A stretch of DNA of 64,000 nt from Candidatus Pyrohabitans jungbluthii (GCA_002010065.2 MTMD02000007.1:13113-77112); one strand, 5' to 3'; shown: positions 1 to 10,697, numbered from the stretch's first letter. Numbers and translations are program-made. The notes: generated from the letters alone by a model not told the origin.

Positions 1-426
1 CGCGTTACACTGGTGCACCGCCGCAGCGAGTTCCGTGCGATTGCGAGAAATGTGGAAAGGCTCCGCCAGAGCAGCGTGGAGGTGCTTCTAAACACAGAGC
101 TTGAAGAAATCGGCGGCGATGGAAAGGTAGAGTGGGTGAGGTTGCGAAGCGATGGCGAGAGCTTTACCCGCAGCGCCGAAGCAGTGGTGCTCGCCGTAGG
201 GCACGTGCCAAACACGGAGATCTTCGCCAAGCTTGGCTTGGATTGCGACAGCGATGGCAGGATTAAGACTGACGCCGCCCAGCGCACCAGCATCACTGGA
301 GTATACGCTGCTGGCGATATAGTCTCCGGCGTGGGGCATCTTGAGCTACTTGTAGTGGCGGTAGCTCAGGGAGCGGTGGCGGCGCACAACATCTATATGG
401 AGCTTTACGAGCCTTATTGGGCTTAA
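1..426 (+). CDS. Thioredoxin reductase-like FAD/NAD(P) oxidoreductase, C-terminal part (5' end outside window)
   Basis: Frame is open from base 1 (RVTLVHRR...). It contains AVGHVPNT and the second FAD motif TSITGVYAAGD, then AVAQGAVAA. Confidence 0.85.
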   Translation, partial: RVTLVHRRSEFRAIARNVERLRQSSVEVLLNTELEEIGGDGKVEWVRLRSDGESFTRSAEAVVLAVGHVPNTEIFAKLGLDCDSDGRIKTDAAQRTSITGVYAAGDIVSGVGHLELLVVAVAQGAVAAHNIYMELYEPYWA

Positions 427-514
427 AAATTGCAGGGAGAATAAGGCCCCCCTCCCCCCAATACAGGAAGGTTGGTACAGCCACTTAAGTAATTTTTCCG
501 AACATGTCAGGTGT

Positions 515-1132
515 TTAAAAATCAGGCTTTCTAATCATCTTGCTTTCAATAATCTGCAGAGTCTCGGAGAGGTAAGATTTGGAGACGTTGAGCTTCTCCG
601 CCAGCTGGGTTAAAGTTATCCTGCGGGGGTAGCTGTAGTATCCGTACTGTATAGCTTTTTTGAGAATATACTTCTGCCTCTTGGTTAAGCCATCGGAGTA
701 GGCTTCACCCGAGGCGTCCTTGTATATCCTGAATGGGTAGCCCACCTTTTTGAGGGAGTCGAGCAGAAAGTTCAGCGCTCTGGAGTTGGAGTACACCCTG
801 GCGCTGACTATGCCCCGCCTTATCACTATAGGGGTGAGCATAAGAATTTCCGCGCTGGCGAAGATGTGCACCGGGAGTACGCGAATAGCGTGGATTTCGA
901 ACACCACCGCATTGCGGCTCTTTGAGTATATGGAAATGCTCTTTGTGGAACTGCTCTTCTCCACATCGCGGAGAAATTCCTGTGTATCGTCGCCATCTGC
1001 CTTTACCAGGGCGATATAGCGCCTGTAGCCCACCCAGGCGAAGCTTATTATTGTGGCGGTTACGTTGTAGCTCCGGGTTAAATCCGTCCAGCACCCCTCC
1101 GGTGTGGGAAACTGAAAGGTGTACAGGGGCAT
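515..1132 (-). CDS. HTH_10 (bacterio-opsin activator-type) transcriptional regulator
   Basis: C-terminal LTKRQKYILKKAIQYGYYSYPRRITLTQLAEKLNVSKSYLSETLQIIESK is the typical archaeal HTH_10 domain. Confidence 0.85.
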   Translation of the reverse strand: MPLYTFQFPTPEGCWTDLTRSYNVTATIISFAWVGYRRYIALVKADGDDTQEFLRDVEKSSSTKSISIYSKSRNAVVFEIHAIRVLPVHIFASAEILMLTPIVIRRGIVSARVYSNSRALNFLLDSLKKVGYPFRIYKDASGEAYSDGLTKRQKYILKKAIQYGYYSYPRRITLTQLAEKLNVSKSYLSETLQIIESKMIRKPDF

Positions 1133-1495
1133 GGGAGATACTATAAATTTTTGGTCATATTTATACCAAGCGGATGTGTCAGAGACTTAATGAAAACCCT
1201 GCCATGCTGGTTGCCTTACTATCGTTGAGAGGATATTTAGTGATTAACTAAAAAATATATCAACGTAGCACAACTAATTAAACTACCTATTATCCATAAT
1301 TTTTCTACTACTGAAACTATAAAGAAATTAATAATAAAATACCGCAGAAAAAAACAAGAGCTGCACTGAGATGTAGTAGAGACAAGTGTAAATTTAATTC
1401 TTGATAACACAGAAACCACACATTAGGGAAAAGTTTTTATAGGAGGATGTGAAGAAAAATAAGGAATAACTAGATATGGAAGGGGGTTTCGGGGA

Positions 1496-4400
1496 ATGAG
1501 CTCAAGAAAGGGGGTACTCTCTCTAATTACCTTTGGTCTGGTAATGACCATGTTGTGGGGCGCGGTAAGCGCCTACCATCTAACCGCCTCTACGAGCAAG
1601 ATTCTGTACGAGAAGGCGGATTCACTGGTGATAAGTGGCACAGTGGAAACCAGTAGTTCAGTTACAGTTTACGTGGAAGTTTACAACTCCTCGGACAATC
1701 TTGTAGAAAGTGGGAATACTACAAGCGTTGCCGCGGGCAATATCTCCACTTTCTCGGTGTCCATACCTCTGGCAAACTTCTCACCGGGCAGCTATTATGC
1801 ACTGGTTTACCACACACCTGGCGACAGCGTCAGGCTTGAGTTCGATGTTGTGGAGAAGATAGTGCTCTTCAAGATCCGTCTTATCAACTCTTCTGATAGC
1901 GTCGTGATGGTTAACACCAGCACCGTAGTGACTGATGCCGGCTACCTAGGCGGTAACTTCTCCGATTTCCTTGCGGCTGGCTACGAGGTGCACTACGGCA
2001 ACCGTAACGTGCTCGAAGGCGGCAAGCTTGCCCACTTTGTACTTGTGAATGAGAGTGCCCCCGATGTATTCGATACCGTATACGTGGACGACGACCCGCG
2101 ATTTGAGCTGTACAATTCTCTTGAGGACAACTCCTCTTCACCAATGGTTGAAACCCCCCTGAAGAAGGGCGATTCCGTTGGGGATTATATCGTCGCTGAT
2201 ATTGAGTTCACTTCCGGCAACAAGGTGCTCCTCGCCAAGCCGCGCTCCTCACCGATTTATACAGGCGGCGAAAAGGTGTACTTCATGGTGGTGGCGAGGG
2301 ATAAGGTGGGCAACATCCTCAGCGGCGAGAGCATTAAGGTTGACCTGCGCTACTCCAACGGCACGATTATCTCCTCCACCTCCGGCGTAATTCAGAACGG
2401 CTACTTCGTCGGGAACTTCACAGCTCCCGACCTCGCCGGGACGTATTTAATAACTGTAAACAACACCCTTGGGATGGAGGTCTTCAGTGTAGAAGCCTTC
2501 AAGCTCTTCGGGAAGATTACTGATATAAACGACAATCCAACGGCGGTTTTTGCTCCCAATCCTGTAGTGAAGCTTACCGCCATAGCCAAGGACTTAAACG
2601 GCAACCTGCTCACCCTGAACAGCGCCCAGGCAAGAGTGGTGTATCCCAACGGTACGCAGACTACAGTGCAGCTCAGCCAGACTGAGCAGGGGCTATATTC
2701 GGGAGAACTAGACCTTAAGGGTGCGCCTACAGGCGACTACGGCGTAACCTTCCGCGGAAGCTATGGCTCTACCACTCAGGAGGTCTCCCTTGGCTTCACC
2801 ATCGCAGAGAGCAGGGCGGAGCTTTACGCGGTGAATGTGGAGTTCTTAGACCAGGTGGATGAAGGTGGCATATTCGTGAGCGCCTTCCACCCGCAGAAAG
2901 ACGTAACCCTGCTTGCGATTCTCAGCGATGTTACGAAGGGCGGGCTAATGGCTTCTGGTCCTGAAGGGGCGGGTATCATAGACATAGACGACCCCTCAAC
3001 ATCAGAGGACGAGTGCAACACCAGCGTTGAGCTGATAGAGCTTAAGGACGACCGTGAGGTTTCATACCTGGGCAACGTCACTGTGCAGATAATGAACCTC
3101 TCCAACTTTATGAACTACCTCGCACAGTCGGGAGTTCAGCCTGGTGACGAAGGCCCGCCTAAGGAGATGCTGAGCCAGTGTATGGTGGTTATTAGCAACC
3201 TCTCCAAGCAGGGCGCCTACAGGGCTAAGGTGAGGATTACCCACAACAGCGAAAGCAGCGTCGCCGGCACGACCTTCGGGGTGCAGGAGCTCTACGCCTA
3301 CGGCTCCACCGTAGATTTCAAGGGCGAAGAGTTTGGATTTAACACTCCAAACTCAACAATAAGGGTAAAGCTCCACGTGCAGGACCTGCTCACTAGAGAG
3401 TTCCTCCCGCCCGAGAGCATCATAAGCGCCAATATAGTAAGTTTAAGGCGGGAGTTCCCGAGCTTCCAAGATGTGCCAGTGAGCGATATTGCAACCACTG
3501 TTGAGGTCAACGGGGGTGTACTCTCATTTAAGGCGCCCAACATGGAGGGCTTCTTCTCCATGAAGTTCAGGTTCAAGGCGAATGTGAGCAACAAAATTAA
3601 GGAGGGCGTGGGCAGCGCCTTCTTCATGCTCAAGAAGTACATCATCTGGGCGGAGCCCCAGTGCACAGGCGGCGGCTTTGGACCGTGTGTGTTCTCCGGC
3701 AAGGGCAACGTATCCCTCAAGGTGTACATCGCAGACAGCAGCAAAGGTTCGCTCCTCGACAGAGGCGCTACCTCCTCTGCGCTGTGCTCCACCTGCGACG
3801 GCTTGGCGGTAAAAATAAGCATGCTCAGAAACGACCAGCTGGGTAAGGAAATTCCATCCTCGGAGTTTACAATCTACGGCGGCAGCGTTACCAACGGTAC
3901 GGCAACGCTCAACATAAGCTCCACCACCGGAGGTCTCACCTCCGGGTGGTACGGTGCCGACATAGAGGTGTACAATCCCGCCGATCCCAACGAGAGCTAC
4001 TTCGGCTTCGGCTGGTTTGAGGTGCGAAACTTCTTCGTTGAGGTTATGCCTGTCAGCGTGGACAAAGCGACGGGCAACCTCACCGCCAGTTGGGGCTGGG
4101 AAGGCAACACCTACGCGGTTAACCAGTCGATAGCCTTTGCGGTGATACCGCGCGACCCCTTCAACTGGGGTATCCTGCCCATTCAGAATGTGACCATCGC
4201 CAGCGTGCAGCGCGTTGATATGTGGCCGCCGGTGGAGGCGAATTACAAGCTTGTGGACATCTCCAATAAGCTGGTTTATATTGACATGGGCGGGTTTAAA
4301 CAGGGTGTGAATGTGACGGTAGTAAACATCACCGGCATTGAAAAGGAGGGCTCCTACAGGGTCAACGTCAAGGTGACCACCGCAAATGGCTCCGACATAG

Positions 4401-7327
4401 GCACCATGTGGTTCGACGTGGCGAGCTTTCAGGTTAATGTCTACTACCGCGGCATGTATGAGTGGCCGCCCACCTTCGGAAGCAATGAGAACCTGACGGT
4501 GAATGTCACCGCATTTGAATTTGATGGCTCACCTCACGAGCTTAATCAGAATGAGACGCGCTTAGCCGGCTTCTTCGACATAAAGCGCGGACGCCCGCTG
4601 AAACGCAACTATACCACAGTCTGCTCAGCAAATTCGTGCAACATCAGCATAGACCTCTCTGGCTTGGAGAGCGGCGAGTACGAGGCGAGGTTGAAGATCG
4701 TCGATACGAAAGGTGCTGAGAAGGAAACGGGCGTGTGGTTCATGGTGCGCAACCTGATAATAGCAGTGCCCAGCATCGAAGAAGCATGGCTGTGGCAGAG
4801 CGATACCGCGAAGAAGGAGATAAGGCTGGACGAGTTCATAGACACAAATATATTTGGTGAACTTGTGCCACCACCGGGCAACCACTCCAGCAACTACTCG
4901 GGCTGCGTTGACAACATGATAGAAGACCCAGGATTCTTCTGGGAGCTGAACATTTCCCAGCGCCAGATGTGCTTCTTCCACAACACCACCCACCTTTGGG
5001 TTAGCTTAAATGCGAACTTCTCCAACGCGAGCGGCTCCGCGCCGGTGGGTGGGATAATAACCGACCCGTATGGTGGCAAGTGGAAGGTGGATAACCTGAA
5101 CAAGGAGAAGGTCACTCTGCGCGGCATCAATGTGCTCGCAAAGACGGGTGCATGGCTCAACGCCTCACTCTCCAAGAGCGGAATAATAAAGCTGGGCAGG
5201 ATGGAGGAGCAGTGGCTGGGAGGCTGGGATCCCAGCACGGGAATGCCGCGTGGGCTCGACCTGAATGGCGATGGCTACACTAATGGCACTGCCTACATAG
5301 CGATTGCAGACTCGGTCACAGCCGGAATCTACGACACCCTGTTCTTCTCCTTCGATGGCAACTTCACCAGCTACGGCTCCGTGAATGACGCTCCTGCTCA
5401 GCGAACCTTCGCCAACGGCAAATTTACACTCCTCAGCATAGACCCGCGCGCCGACAGGGTGAGGATATACACCAGAAGCAAGGGCGACTGGGCAGAGCTG
5501 GGTGACGTCCGTCTTGGCGATGTGGTAAACGTACCGGTGATGGTGACACAACCTGATGGCACTCCTGTGGAGGTGAACGTCACCATAAGGCATGTGAGGA
5601 AGGAGAGCCTCACGGGTCCGCCACAGTTCATAACCCTCTCTTCTCCTGAGACTACCAGCATAAATGGCACCGGCGAGGTGCAGTTCAACCTAAGCAAGCA
5701 CAACCTGGGTTCTGGCATATATGCCTTTGAGATAGAGGTGCAGGTTGGCGATACTGTGGAGATACTCGAGGAGTGGATGTGGCCTCGGGTAACTGTGCGC
5801 GCCTTCCTGGTGAGTAGTGACCAGGGCGCTGCCGCATACGTGGGCGAGTTCAAGCCTCTGCCAACCTACGCCTTCGACTGGAGAACCTACGGAGGAGACA
5901 TACCTCAGCTGTTTGAGGTGACAGGTGGGGTCAACTTCTCCATGGTGATGGACCATTTCTATGGCTTAGGATCTCCTTTGAGCGGTTGCACAGAGCCAAG
6001 TGATGCAGGAAGCGGTACCAACTACACCATAGAAAGCCAGTTCCTGAGAGACACCAACTCCGGCTACTACTACTATCTGACCACCGCCAACGCCAGCACG
6101 CTCTGGATAAAGAAGGGCAACTGCAACTTTACCAGCGGCGCTACCGTGAAGAGCGTGAATGAGTCCATAAACATAACCCTGAACGGCAGAACCTACATGA
6201 TGAGTGTGCTCGCCGCTGACGCCAACGCGGGCGGTCAGGCGCTCGTGGTAATAGGCGTGAGGGAGGACAACCTCAATCCGAATATCCTCAACAATCCGCT
6301 GACGCAGGATGGCGGCAAGCGCTGGAACATTGTGTCCTTCAATATAGGCGGCACGACGTACAACGCAATCCTCGCGAATGCGAGCGTGGACTATCCAATG
6401 TGCGACATCTGGTGGATACCCGACTGCGCAAAGGCGGCATACTTCACCACCGATGGCAACTACTCCGCATCGCAAGAAACGCTGATAGGCGAGGAGATAA
6501 TGCCGGGCAGCGAACTCTACCTCGCCAGGATAGGAGCTTCGCCATGGGACGGCATAGTTATTGCAAACTCGTCGCAGGTTGGAGTCATGCCTGGACTCGA
6601 CATAATCGTGGAAGACAACTACAATGCGACGTTCGCAGCGTTAAACGAGAGCCAGCTCAGTGTTGACCTGAACCTAGACAACGACACCAGCGATGTGTTC
6701 TACGCCGTAACCTTCGACGACTATCCGGATGGAACCGCCAAGGCGACCAGCATACTTGTAGACGATGACCTCAACATCACCCAGGACTGGTGGGGAGAGG
6801 GCTGGAATGGGTCCCTGATAATCAACCCCAAGGACTTCTACGGCAATGAGAGCGGAACCGCGGAGGTCAGGGGCAACATGCCCACCGCAATGTGGGGAGG
6901 TTCCCTAGGATTTGCACCCTGGAACGACTTCATGCCGTATGAGGAACAGCCGTGGTGGGACATAAAGATGTACAACGGCACCCACATGCTGCTGATGAAG
7001 AACAAGTGGTCCATCAAGCCAGAGGAAAACATGACCTTTGTAATCCGTGCATACGACTTCGATCAGAAGCCTATTGTGAGTGCAAACCTCACCGTTGATA
7101 AGGTTGTGATGTTCACACCTCTGGGTCCGAAAGTGCTGGAAGAGGGCACCCACTACGTCCTCAACAAAGTGCAGGATACCACAGATGCGAATGGCTATGG
7201 AATAATCACAATCGCTCCCAAAGACGGCACCTGGGAATACGGTGACTACATGGTGACCATCACCGTTACCAAGAGCGGAGGCAGCGAGAGGGTTGATATG
7301 TGGTTCCAGGTAGGAGGTGGGTGGTAA
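1496..7327 (+). CDS. Very large secreted/cell-surface glycoprotein (1943 aa) with repeated Ig/macroglobulin-like beta domains
   Basis: N-terminal signal peptide (MSSRKGVLSLITFGLVMTMLWGAVSA), dozens of N-x-S/T sequons, recurring domain ends (GWFEV, MWFDV, VWFMV, MWFQV), and no C-terminal TM anchor. Confidence 0.8.
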   Translation: MSSRKGVLSLITFGLVMTMLWGAVSAYHLTASTSKILYEKADSLVISGTVETSSSVTVYVEVYNSSDNLVESGNTTSVAAGNISTFSVSIPLANFSPGSYYALVYHTPGDSVRLEFDVVEKIVLFKIRLINSSDSVVMVNTSTVVTDAGYLGGNFSDFLAAGYEVHYGNRNVLEGGKLAHFVLVNESAPDVFDTVYVDDDPRFELYNSLEDNSSSPMVETPLKKGDSVGDYIVADIEFTSGNKVLLAKPRSSPIYTGGEKVYFMVVARDKVGNILSGESIKVDLRYSNGTIISSTSGVIQNGYFVGNFTAPDLAGTYLITVNNTLGMEVFSVEAFKLFGKITDINDNPTAVFAPNPVVKLTAIAKDLNGNLLTLNSAQARVVYPNGTQTTVQLSQTEQGLYSGELDLKGAPTGDYGVTFRGSYGSTTQEVSLGFTIAESRAELYAVNVEFLDQVDEGGIFVSAFHPQKDVTLLAILSDVTKGGLMASGPEGAGIIDIDDPSTSEDECNTSVELIELKDDREVSYLGNVTVQIMNLSNFMNYLAQSGVQPGDEGPPKEMLSQCMVVISNLSKQGAYRAKVRITHNSESSVAGTTFGVQELYAYGSTVDFKGEEFGFNTPNSTIRVKLHVQDLLTREFLPPESIISANIVSLRREFPSFQDVPVSDIATTVEVNGGVLSFKAPNMEGFFSMKFRFKANVSNKIKEGVGSAFFMLKKYIIWAEPQCTGGGFGPCVFSGKGNVSLKVYIADSSKGSLLDRGATSSALCSTCDGLAVKISMLRNDQLGKEIPSSEFTIYGGSVTNGTATLNISSTTGGLTSGWYGADIEVYNPADPNESYFGFGWFEVRNFFVEVMPVSVDKATGNLTASWGWEGNTYAVNQSIAFAVIPRDPFNWGILPIQNVTIASVQRVDMWPPVEANYKLVDISNKLVYIDMGGFKQGVNVTVVNITGIEKEGSYRVNVKVTTANGSDIGTMWFDVASFQVNVYYRGMYEWPPTFGSNENLTVNVTAFEFDGSPHELNQNETRLAGFFDIKRGRPLKRNYTTVCSANSCNISIDLSGLESGEYEARLKIVDTKGAEKETGVWFMVRNLIIAVPSIEEAWLWQSDTAKKEIRLDEFIDTNIFGELVPPPGNHSSNYSGCVDNMIEDPGFFWELNISQRQMCFFHNTTHLWVSLNANFSNASGSAPVGGIITDPYGGKWKVDNLNKEKVTLRGINVLAKTGAWLNASLSKSGIIKLGRMEEQWLGGWDPSTGMPRGLDLNGDGYTNGTAYIAIADSVTAGIYDTLFFSFDGNFTSYGSVNDAPAQRTFANGKFTLLSIDPRADRVRIYTRSKGDWAELGDVRLGDVVNVPVMVTQPDGTPVEVNVTIRHVRKESLTGPPQFITLSSPETTSINGTGEVQFNLSKHNLGSGIYAFEIEVQVGDTVEILEEWMWPRVTVRAFLVSSDQGAAAYVGEFKPLPTYAFDWRTYGGDIPQLFEVTGGVNFSMVMDHFYGLGSPLSGCTEPSDAGSGTNYTIESQFLRDTNSGYYYYLTTANASTLWIKKGNCNFTSGATVKSVNESINITLNGRTYMMSVLAADANAGGQALVVIGVREDNLNPNILNNPLTQDGGKRWNIVSFNIGGTTYNAILANASVDYPMCDIWWIPDCAKAAYFTTDGNYSASQETLIGEEIMPGSELYLARIGASPWDGIVIANSSQVGVMPGLDIIVEDNYNATFAALNESQLSVDLNLDNDTSDVFYAVTFDDYPDGTAKATSILVDDDLNITQDWWGEGWNGSLIINPKDFYGNESGTAEVRGNMPTAMWGGSLGFAPWNDFMPYEEQPWWDIKMYNGTHMLLMKNKWSIKPEENMTFVIRAYDFDQKPIVSANLTVDKVVMFTPLGPKVLEEGTHYVLNKVQDTTDANGYGIITIAPKDGTWEYGDYMVTITVTKSGGSERVDMWFQVGGGW

Positions 7328-7329
7328 AG

Positions 7330-8781
7330 ATGAGGCTTATAACATTTGCAGCGCTCCTGCTGGCGATTCTCACCATTCCCGGTGTATACGCGGCTACTGT
7401 TACGGTGTCCCAGTCAGGTGCAGACCCGGGAACAGTGATGAAGGGGAGGTACTTCACAATTACCGTTTCCGGTTTGAGCGGTAGCGGCACAGTCTCCTTG
7501 ATAAACCTGCCCTCCGGTATAAGCGTGGAGGAGGGCACCACAAAGTCCTTCAGCTCAGGCACGAGTAGTGTTTCGTGGACCACCGCAATAGCAAGCCAGA
7601 CACTCACCGGGCAGAAGATACAGGTTAGCATAAGCACCACGGGTTCGCCCACAACCGCTGAGTCGGATGCCTTCGACATAGTGCTTCCCCCTTCGCTGGA
7701 GGCGAGCGTTACTCCCACTTCTTTCTCAGATCCAAGCGGTGATAAGAGCCTGCAGCTAACCATAAAGAACTGGGGCGAAACCACAGCTCGAGACGTGGTG
7801 GTGGCAATCTCACTGCCCTCGGGGGTGACCATTAAATCTGGAAGCGCAAGTCAGGTAATCTCAACGATACTCGGCGGCACAGGTGGAAGCGGTGAGAGCA
7901 AGGGCGTATCCTGGACTCTCAGCTTCAGCAGCAGCGTTACCAACAGCAGCATAAACATCTCCATAACGCCGTCAAATGCCGATGCCAAGAGTGTCAGCAT
8001 ACCTATAACTGTTACCACAACTACGACAATTACAACCCCAACAACTACTACAGGAGGAGGCGGTCCATCTGAGAAACCGAACATTAAGGAAATACCAAAG
8101 CTACTCACCGGCAAGTCCTACCTTGTGGTATTCGATGAGAAGTACGTGCCAGACATTGCAAGCATAGAGATATTCGCATCCCGAGACCAGTTTTACACCA
8201 CTATTTCGGTTGACACGTATCAAGAGAAACCAAACTGGGTGGTATTCGACGACGCCCCGGGCAAAATCTACCGCTACTTCAGGATAAAGTACAGCAAGCC
8301 CAACACCTACATCGAAAAGGCTAAGATAGCCTTCAAATTAAACATCACCTGGCTCAAGGTTAACGACATAGACCCCTCGACGGTGGTCATGTACCGCCTC
8401 AGCGACACCAAAGAGTGGGAGAAGCTTCCAACCACGCCGGAGAAGGCTGAAGGCGGTTATATATACTACACCGCAGAGACTCCAGGCTTCAGCTGGTTTG
8501 CGGTGTCAGCGCAGGAGAAGAGTGGCTTCAGGGACATATTCGCAGAGGCGGACGGTGTCAAACCCGAGCCAACGCCAGCGCCCACACCTGAGCCCGAGGA
8601 GAAGCCCGTTGTGACGCTTCCGCCGGTAGAGACCAAGCCGCCTGTGACAACGCCGAAGCCCAAGCCCACGCCAAAGGTGGAAGAGAAGAAGCCAGAGAAA
8701 AAGGGTATCTGCGGTCCCACTCTGGTTGCGGTTATAGCGGCACTTCCTGTGTTTCTGGGGAGGGGAAGGTTAAGAAATTAG
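7330..8781 (+). CDS. PGF-pre-PGF domain surface protein with CGP-CTERM sorting signal
   Basis: Signal peptide, Thr-rich linker, YTAETPGFSWFAV (PGF-pre-PGF), Pro/Thr/Lys stalk, and C-terminal KKGICGPTLVAVIAALPVFLGRGRLRN. ATG at 7330 follows GGAGGTGG. Confidence 0.85.
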   Translation: MRLITFAALLLAILTIPGVYAATVTVSQSGADPGTVMKGRYFTITVSGLSGSGTVSLINLPSGISVEEGTTKSFSSGTSSVSWTTAIASQTLTGQKIQVSISTTGSPTTAESDAFDIVLPPSLEASVTPTSFSDPSGDKSLQLTIKNWGETTARDVVVAISLPSGVTIKSGSASQVISTILGGTGGSGESKGVSWTLSFSSSVTNSSINISITPSNADAKSVSIPITVTTTTTITTPTTTTGGGGPSEKPNIKEIPKLLTGKSYLVVFDEKYVPDIASIEIFASRDQFYTTISVDTYQEKPNWVVFDDAPGKIYRYFRIKYSKPNTYIEKAKIAFKLNITWLKVNDIDPSTVVMYRLSDTKEWEKLPTTPEKAEGGYIYYTAETPGFSWFAVSAQEKSGFRDIFAEADGVKPEPTPAPTPEPEEKPVVTLPPVETKPPVTTPKPKPTPKVEEKKPEKKGICGPTLVAVIAALPVFLGRGRLRN

Positions 8782-8812
8782 GCCGCCCGCCCCCTTCCCA
8801 TTTTTCAGGTAT

Positions 8813-9958
8813 CTAAGTTTTCTCCTCACCCAGCCAAACCACCTTCGCCTTACTCGCCATCTCCTCTGCAAGCGCGTCAACATTAAGCCCTGCCTCAGCT
8901 TTTTCTGCCCTCTCTACCGTCGCCTTTGTCACAGGCTTTAGAGGAGGACCCAGGCAGCAGTTGGCAGGGCGAATTGAAATTTCGTAGGTGCCTATTTTCT
9001 TAGCCAGAGAGATTATCTCATCCTTATCCATTCCTATCAGGGGGCGCAGCACTGGCATGGTAGCAGCCCTGGAAATCGACGCGAGGTTGGCAAGCGTCTG
9101 CGATGCCACCTGTCCAAGGCTCTCACCGGTTACCAGAGCCAGAGCCTTCTCCTGCCTTGCTACCTTCTCCGCCACACGGTACATCATGCGCTTGCACAGC
9201 ACACAACCCATGCGGTAGTCTTCCACCTTCAAAAGCTGGATGAGCACGTCGCCGTAGGGTACGAGGTATGTCTTTATCGGCTCCCCCACCCAGGTGGAAA
9301 GAGCCTTAATTGAGTCAACCGCTCGCCTTGGGGTGCGCTCATCCACGAGAGGCGTGGGGTCCATGAACAGAGCTACCACTTCAGCGCCGCGGCGCATCAT
9401 CAGCCAGGCAGCGACAGGTGAATCAATACCCCCGCTAACCAGCGCGAGCACTTTACCCTGGGTCGCGTACGGTAAGCCGCCCACTCCAGCGATTACCTCG
9501 TCGAAGAGGTAGGCACGGTCGCCGCGAATTTCGATGAAAATCTCCTTCTCCGGTGCCTTGAGGTCCACCTTAGCGCCAGTCGCCTCAACTATCTGCCTGC
9601 CGAGCTCCCTTGCCACGTCGATGCTCCTGTATGCGTGCTTCCCTTCCCTGCGCACGCGAAGGGCGAAGGTGTCTTCGCTTGAGATTCGCCTCAGCGCGTA
9701 CTCCACCCCTGCCTTCATCAGCTCATCAAAATCTGCGCTCGCTACCTCAGCGAGAGAGGTTGAAGCCACGCCAAAGACGCGACTCGCCTTTACCGCGTCT
9801 TCGCGAGAGTCTGAGTGGATGAAGATTCGTCCCCACTCCCGGGTTATCTTCACCTCGCCGAGCACGCGCTTCAGATGAGCAATAAGGGCGCGCTCCATCT
9901 CCATGCGCACAGGCTTCGATTTTAACCCTATCTCGCTGTACCTGACTATTATCACCAT
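8813..9958 (-). CDS. thiI: tRNA 4-thiouridine synthase ThiI
   Basis: THUMP domain, PP-loop SGGIDSPVA, TGESLGQVASQT, RPLIGMDKDEI. Has CxxC plus distal Cys and no rhodanese domain. Confidence 0.95.
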   Translation of the reverse strand: MVIIVRYSEIGLKSKPVRMEMERALIAHLKRVLGEVKITREWGRIFIHSDSREDAVKASRVFGVASTSLAEVASADFDELMKAGVEYALRRISSEDTFALRVRREGKHAYRSIDVARELGRQIVEATGAKVDLKAPEKEIFIEIRGDRAYLFDEVIAGVGGLPYATQGKVLALVSGGIDSPVAAWLMMRRGAEVVALFMDPTPLVDERTPRRAVDSIKALSTWVGEPIKTYLVPYGDVLIQLLKVEDYRMGCVLCKRMMYRVAEKVARQEKALALVTGESLGQVASQTLANLASISRAATMPVLRPLIGMDKDEIISLAKKIGTYEISIRPANCCLGPPLKPVTKATVERAEKAEAGLNVDALAEEMASKAKVVWLGEEKT

Positions 9959-10003
9959 AACCCCAGCCGAAAGCTCAACGTTTATAAAATATGCTCCTCG
10001 CAG

Positions 10004-10594
10004 CTATCGCTCTTCCTTTGTTGCAAGTGCAACCTGCCGCTTGTAGCTTTTTAAGCATATTGGACAGCAGAAGTAGCGCTCCACATTTCTAAACTTGTAC
10101 ACATGGGGCTTGGAGATTGCGCTTCCGCAGTACTCGCATGTAAGCTCAGCTTTAATCATCTCCACAGGGGGCTCGCTCTCTTTCAGAACCCCAGTCACCA
10201 CTTCCGCCTCTAGTGACTCTGCCACGCCGCGAAGTGTGTTGACAAGCCTGCCCACGTCGTCGATGTCCTTAACCAGAGCCTTGCAGAATAAGTTCTTCTC
10301 TCCGGTTAGGGAGTAAACCTCCACCACCTCAGGCAGATCCCTGAGAAGCTCAACCGCCTCCTCGCCTGCCTTCATCCTCAACAAAACAACCACAGGCTTC
10401 TCCAGCGCATCCCTGCTTATCTCCACAGTAAATCTGCTTATCACCCCGCTCTCCTTCAGCTTGTCTATCCTCGCCTTTACCGTGGGTCTACTGAGCCTTA
10501 GAAGCTTTGCAATCTCAGCCACAGGCATGCGCGCATCTTCCTGAAGCAGGCGGAGTATCTTCACATCGATAGCATCGAGTTTCAAAACCATCAC
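10004..10594 (-). CDS. Lrp/AsnC regulator with C-terminal TRASH metal-binding domain (CopR/CopT-like)
   Basis: Lrp HTH at the N-terminus and CEYCG...YFCCPICLKSY TRASH motif. Adjacent to YHS protein and CopA. Confidence 0.88.
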   Translation of the reverse strand: MMVLKLDAIDVKILRLLQEDARMPVAEIAKLLRLSRPTVKARIDKLKESGVISRFTVEISRDALEKPVVVLLRMKAGEEAVELLRDLPEVVEVYSLTGEKNLFCKALVKDIDDVGRLVNTLRGVAESLEAEVVTGVLKESEPPVEMIKAELTCEYCGSAISKPHVYKFRNVERYFCCPICLKSYKRQVALATKEER

Positions 10595-10635
10595 CCTTTA
10601 CATTATCAAATTTAAAAATCACAAGATAAATTAAT

Positions 10636-10665
10636 TTTACAAAATGAAAACAAAAAAGTATATCT
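10636..10665 (+). promoter_or_regulatory. Putative CopR operator plus BRE/TATA of the YHS gene
   Basis: TTTACAAAATGAAAACAAAAAAGTATATCT. The first 15 nt fit the semi-palindrome TTNNCAWWWTGNNAA, and the block matches the element upstream of the copA operon. Confidence 0.65.
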
Positions 10666-10697
10666 GTTTTGCCATAGATTGTTATGCGGTGGTAAAC

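Noticed and set aside
8005-8065. ACN-rich low-complexity tract
   Set aside because: Encodes the Thr-rich linker of the surface protein; not an independent repeat.
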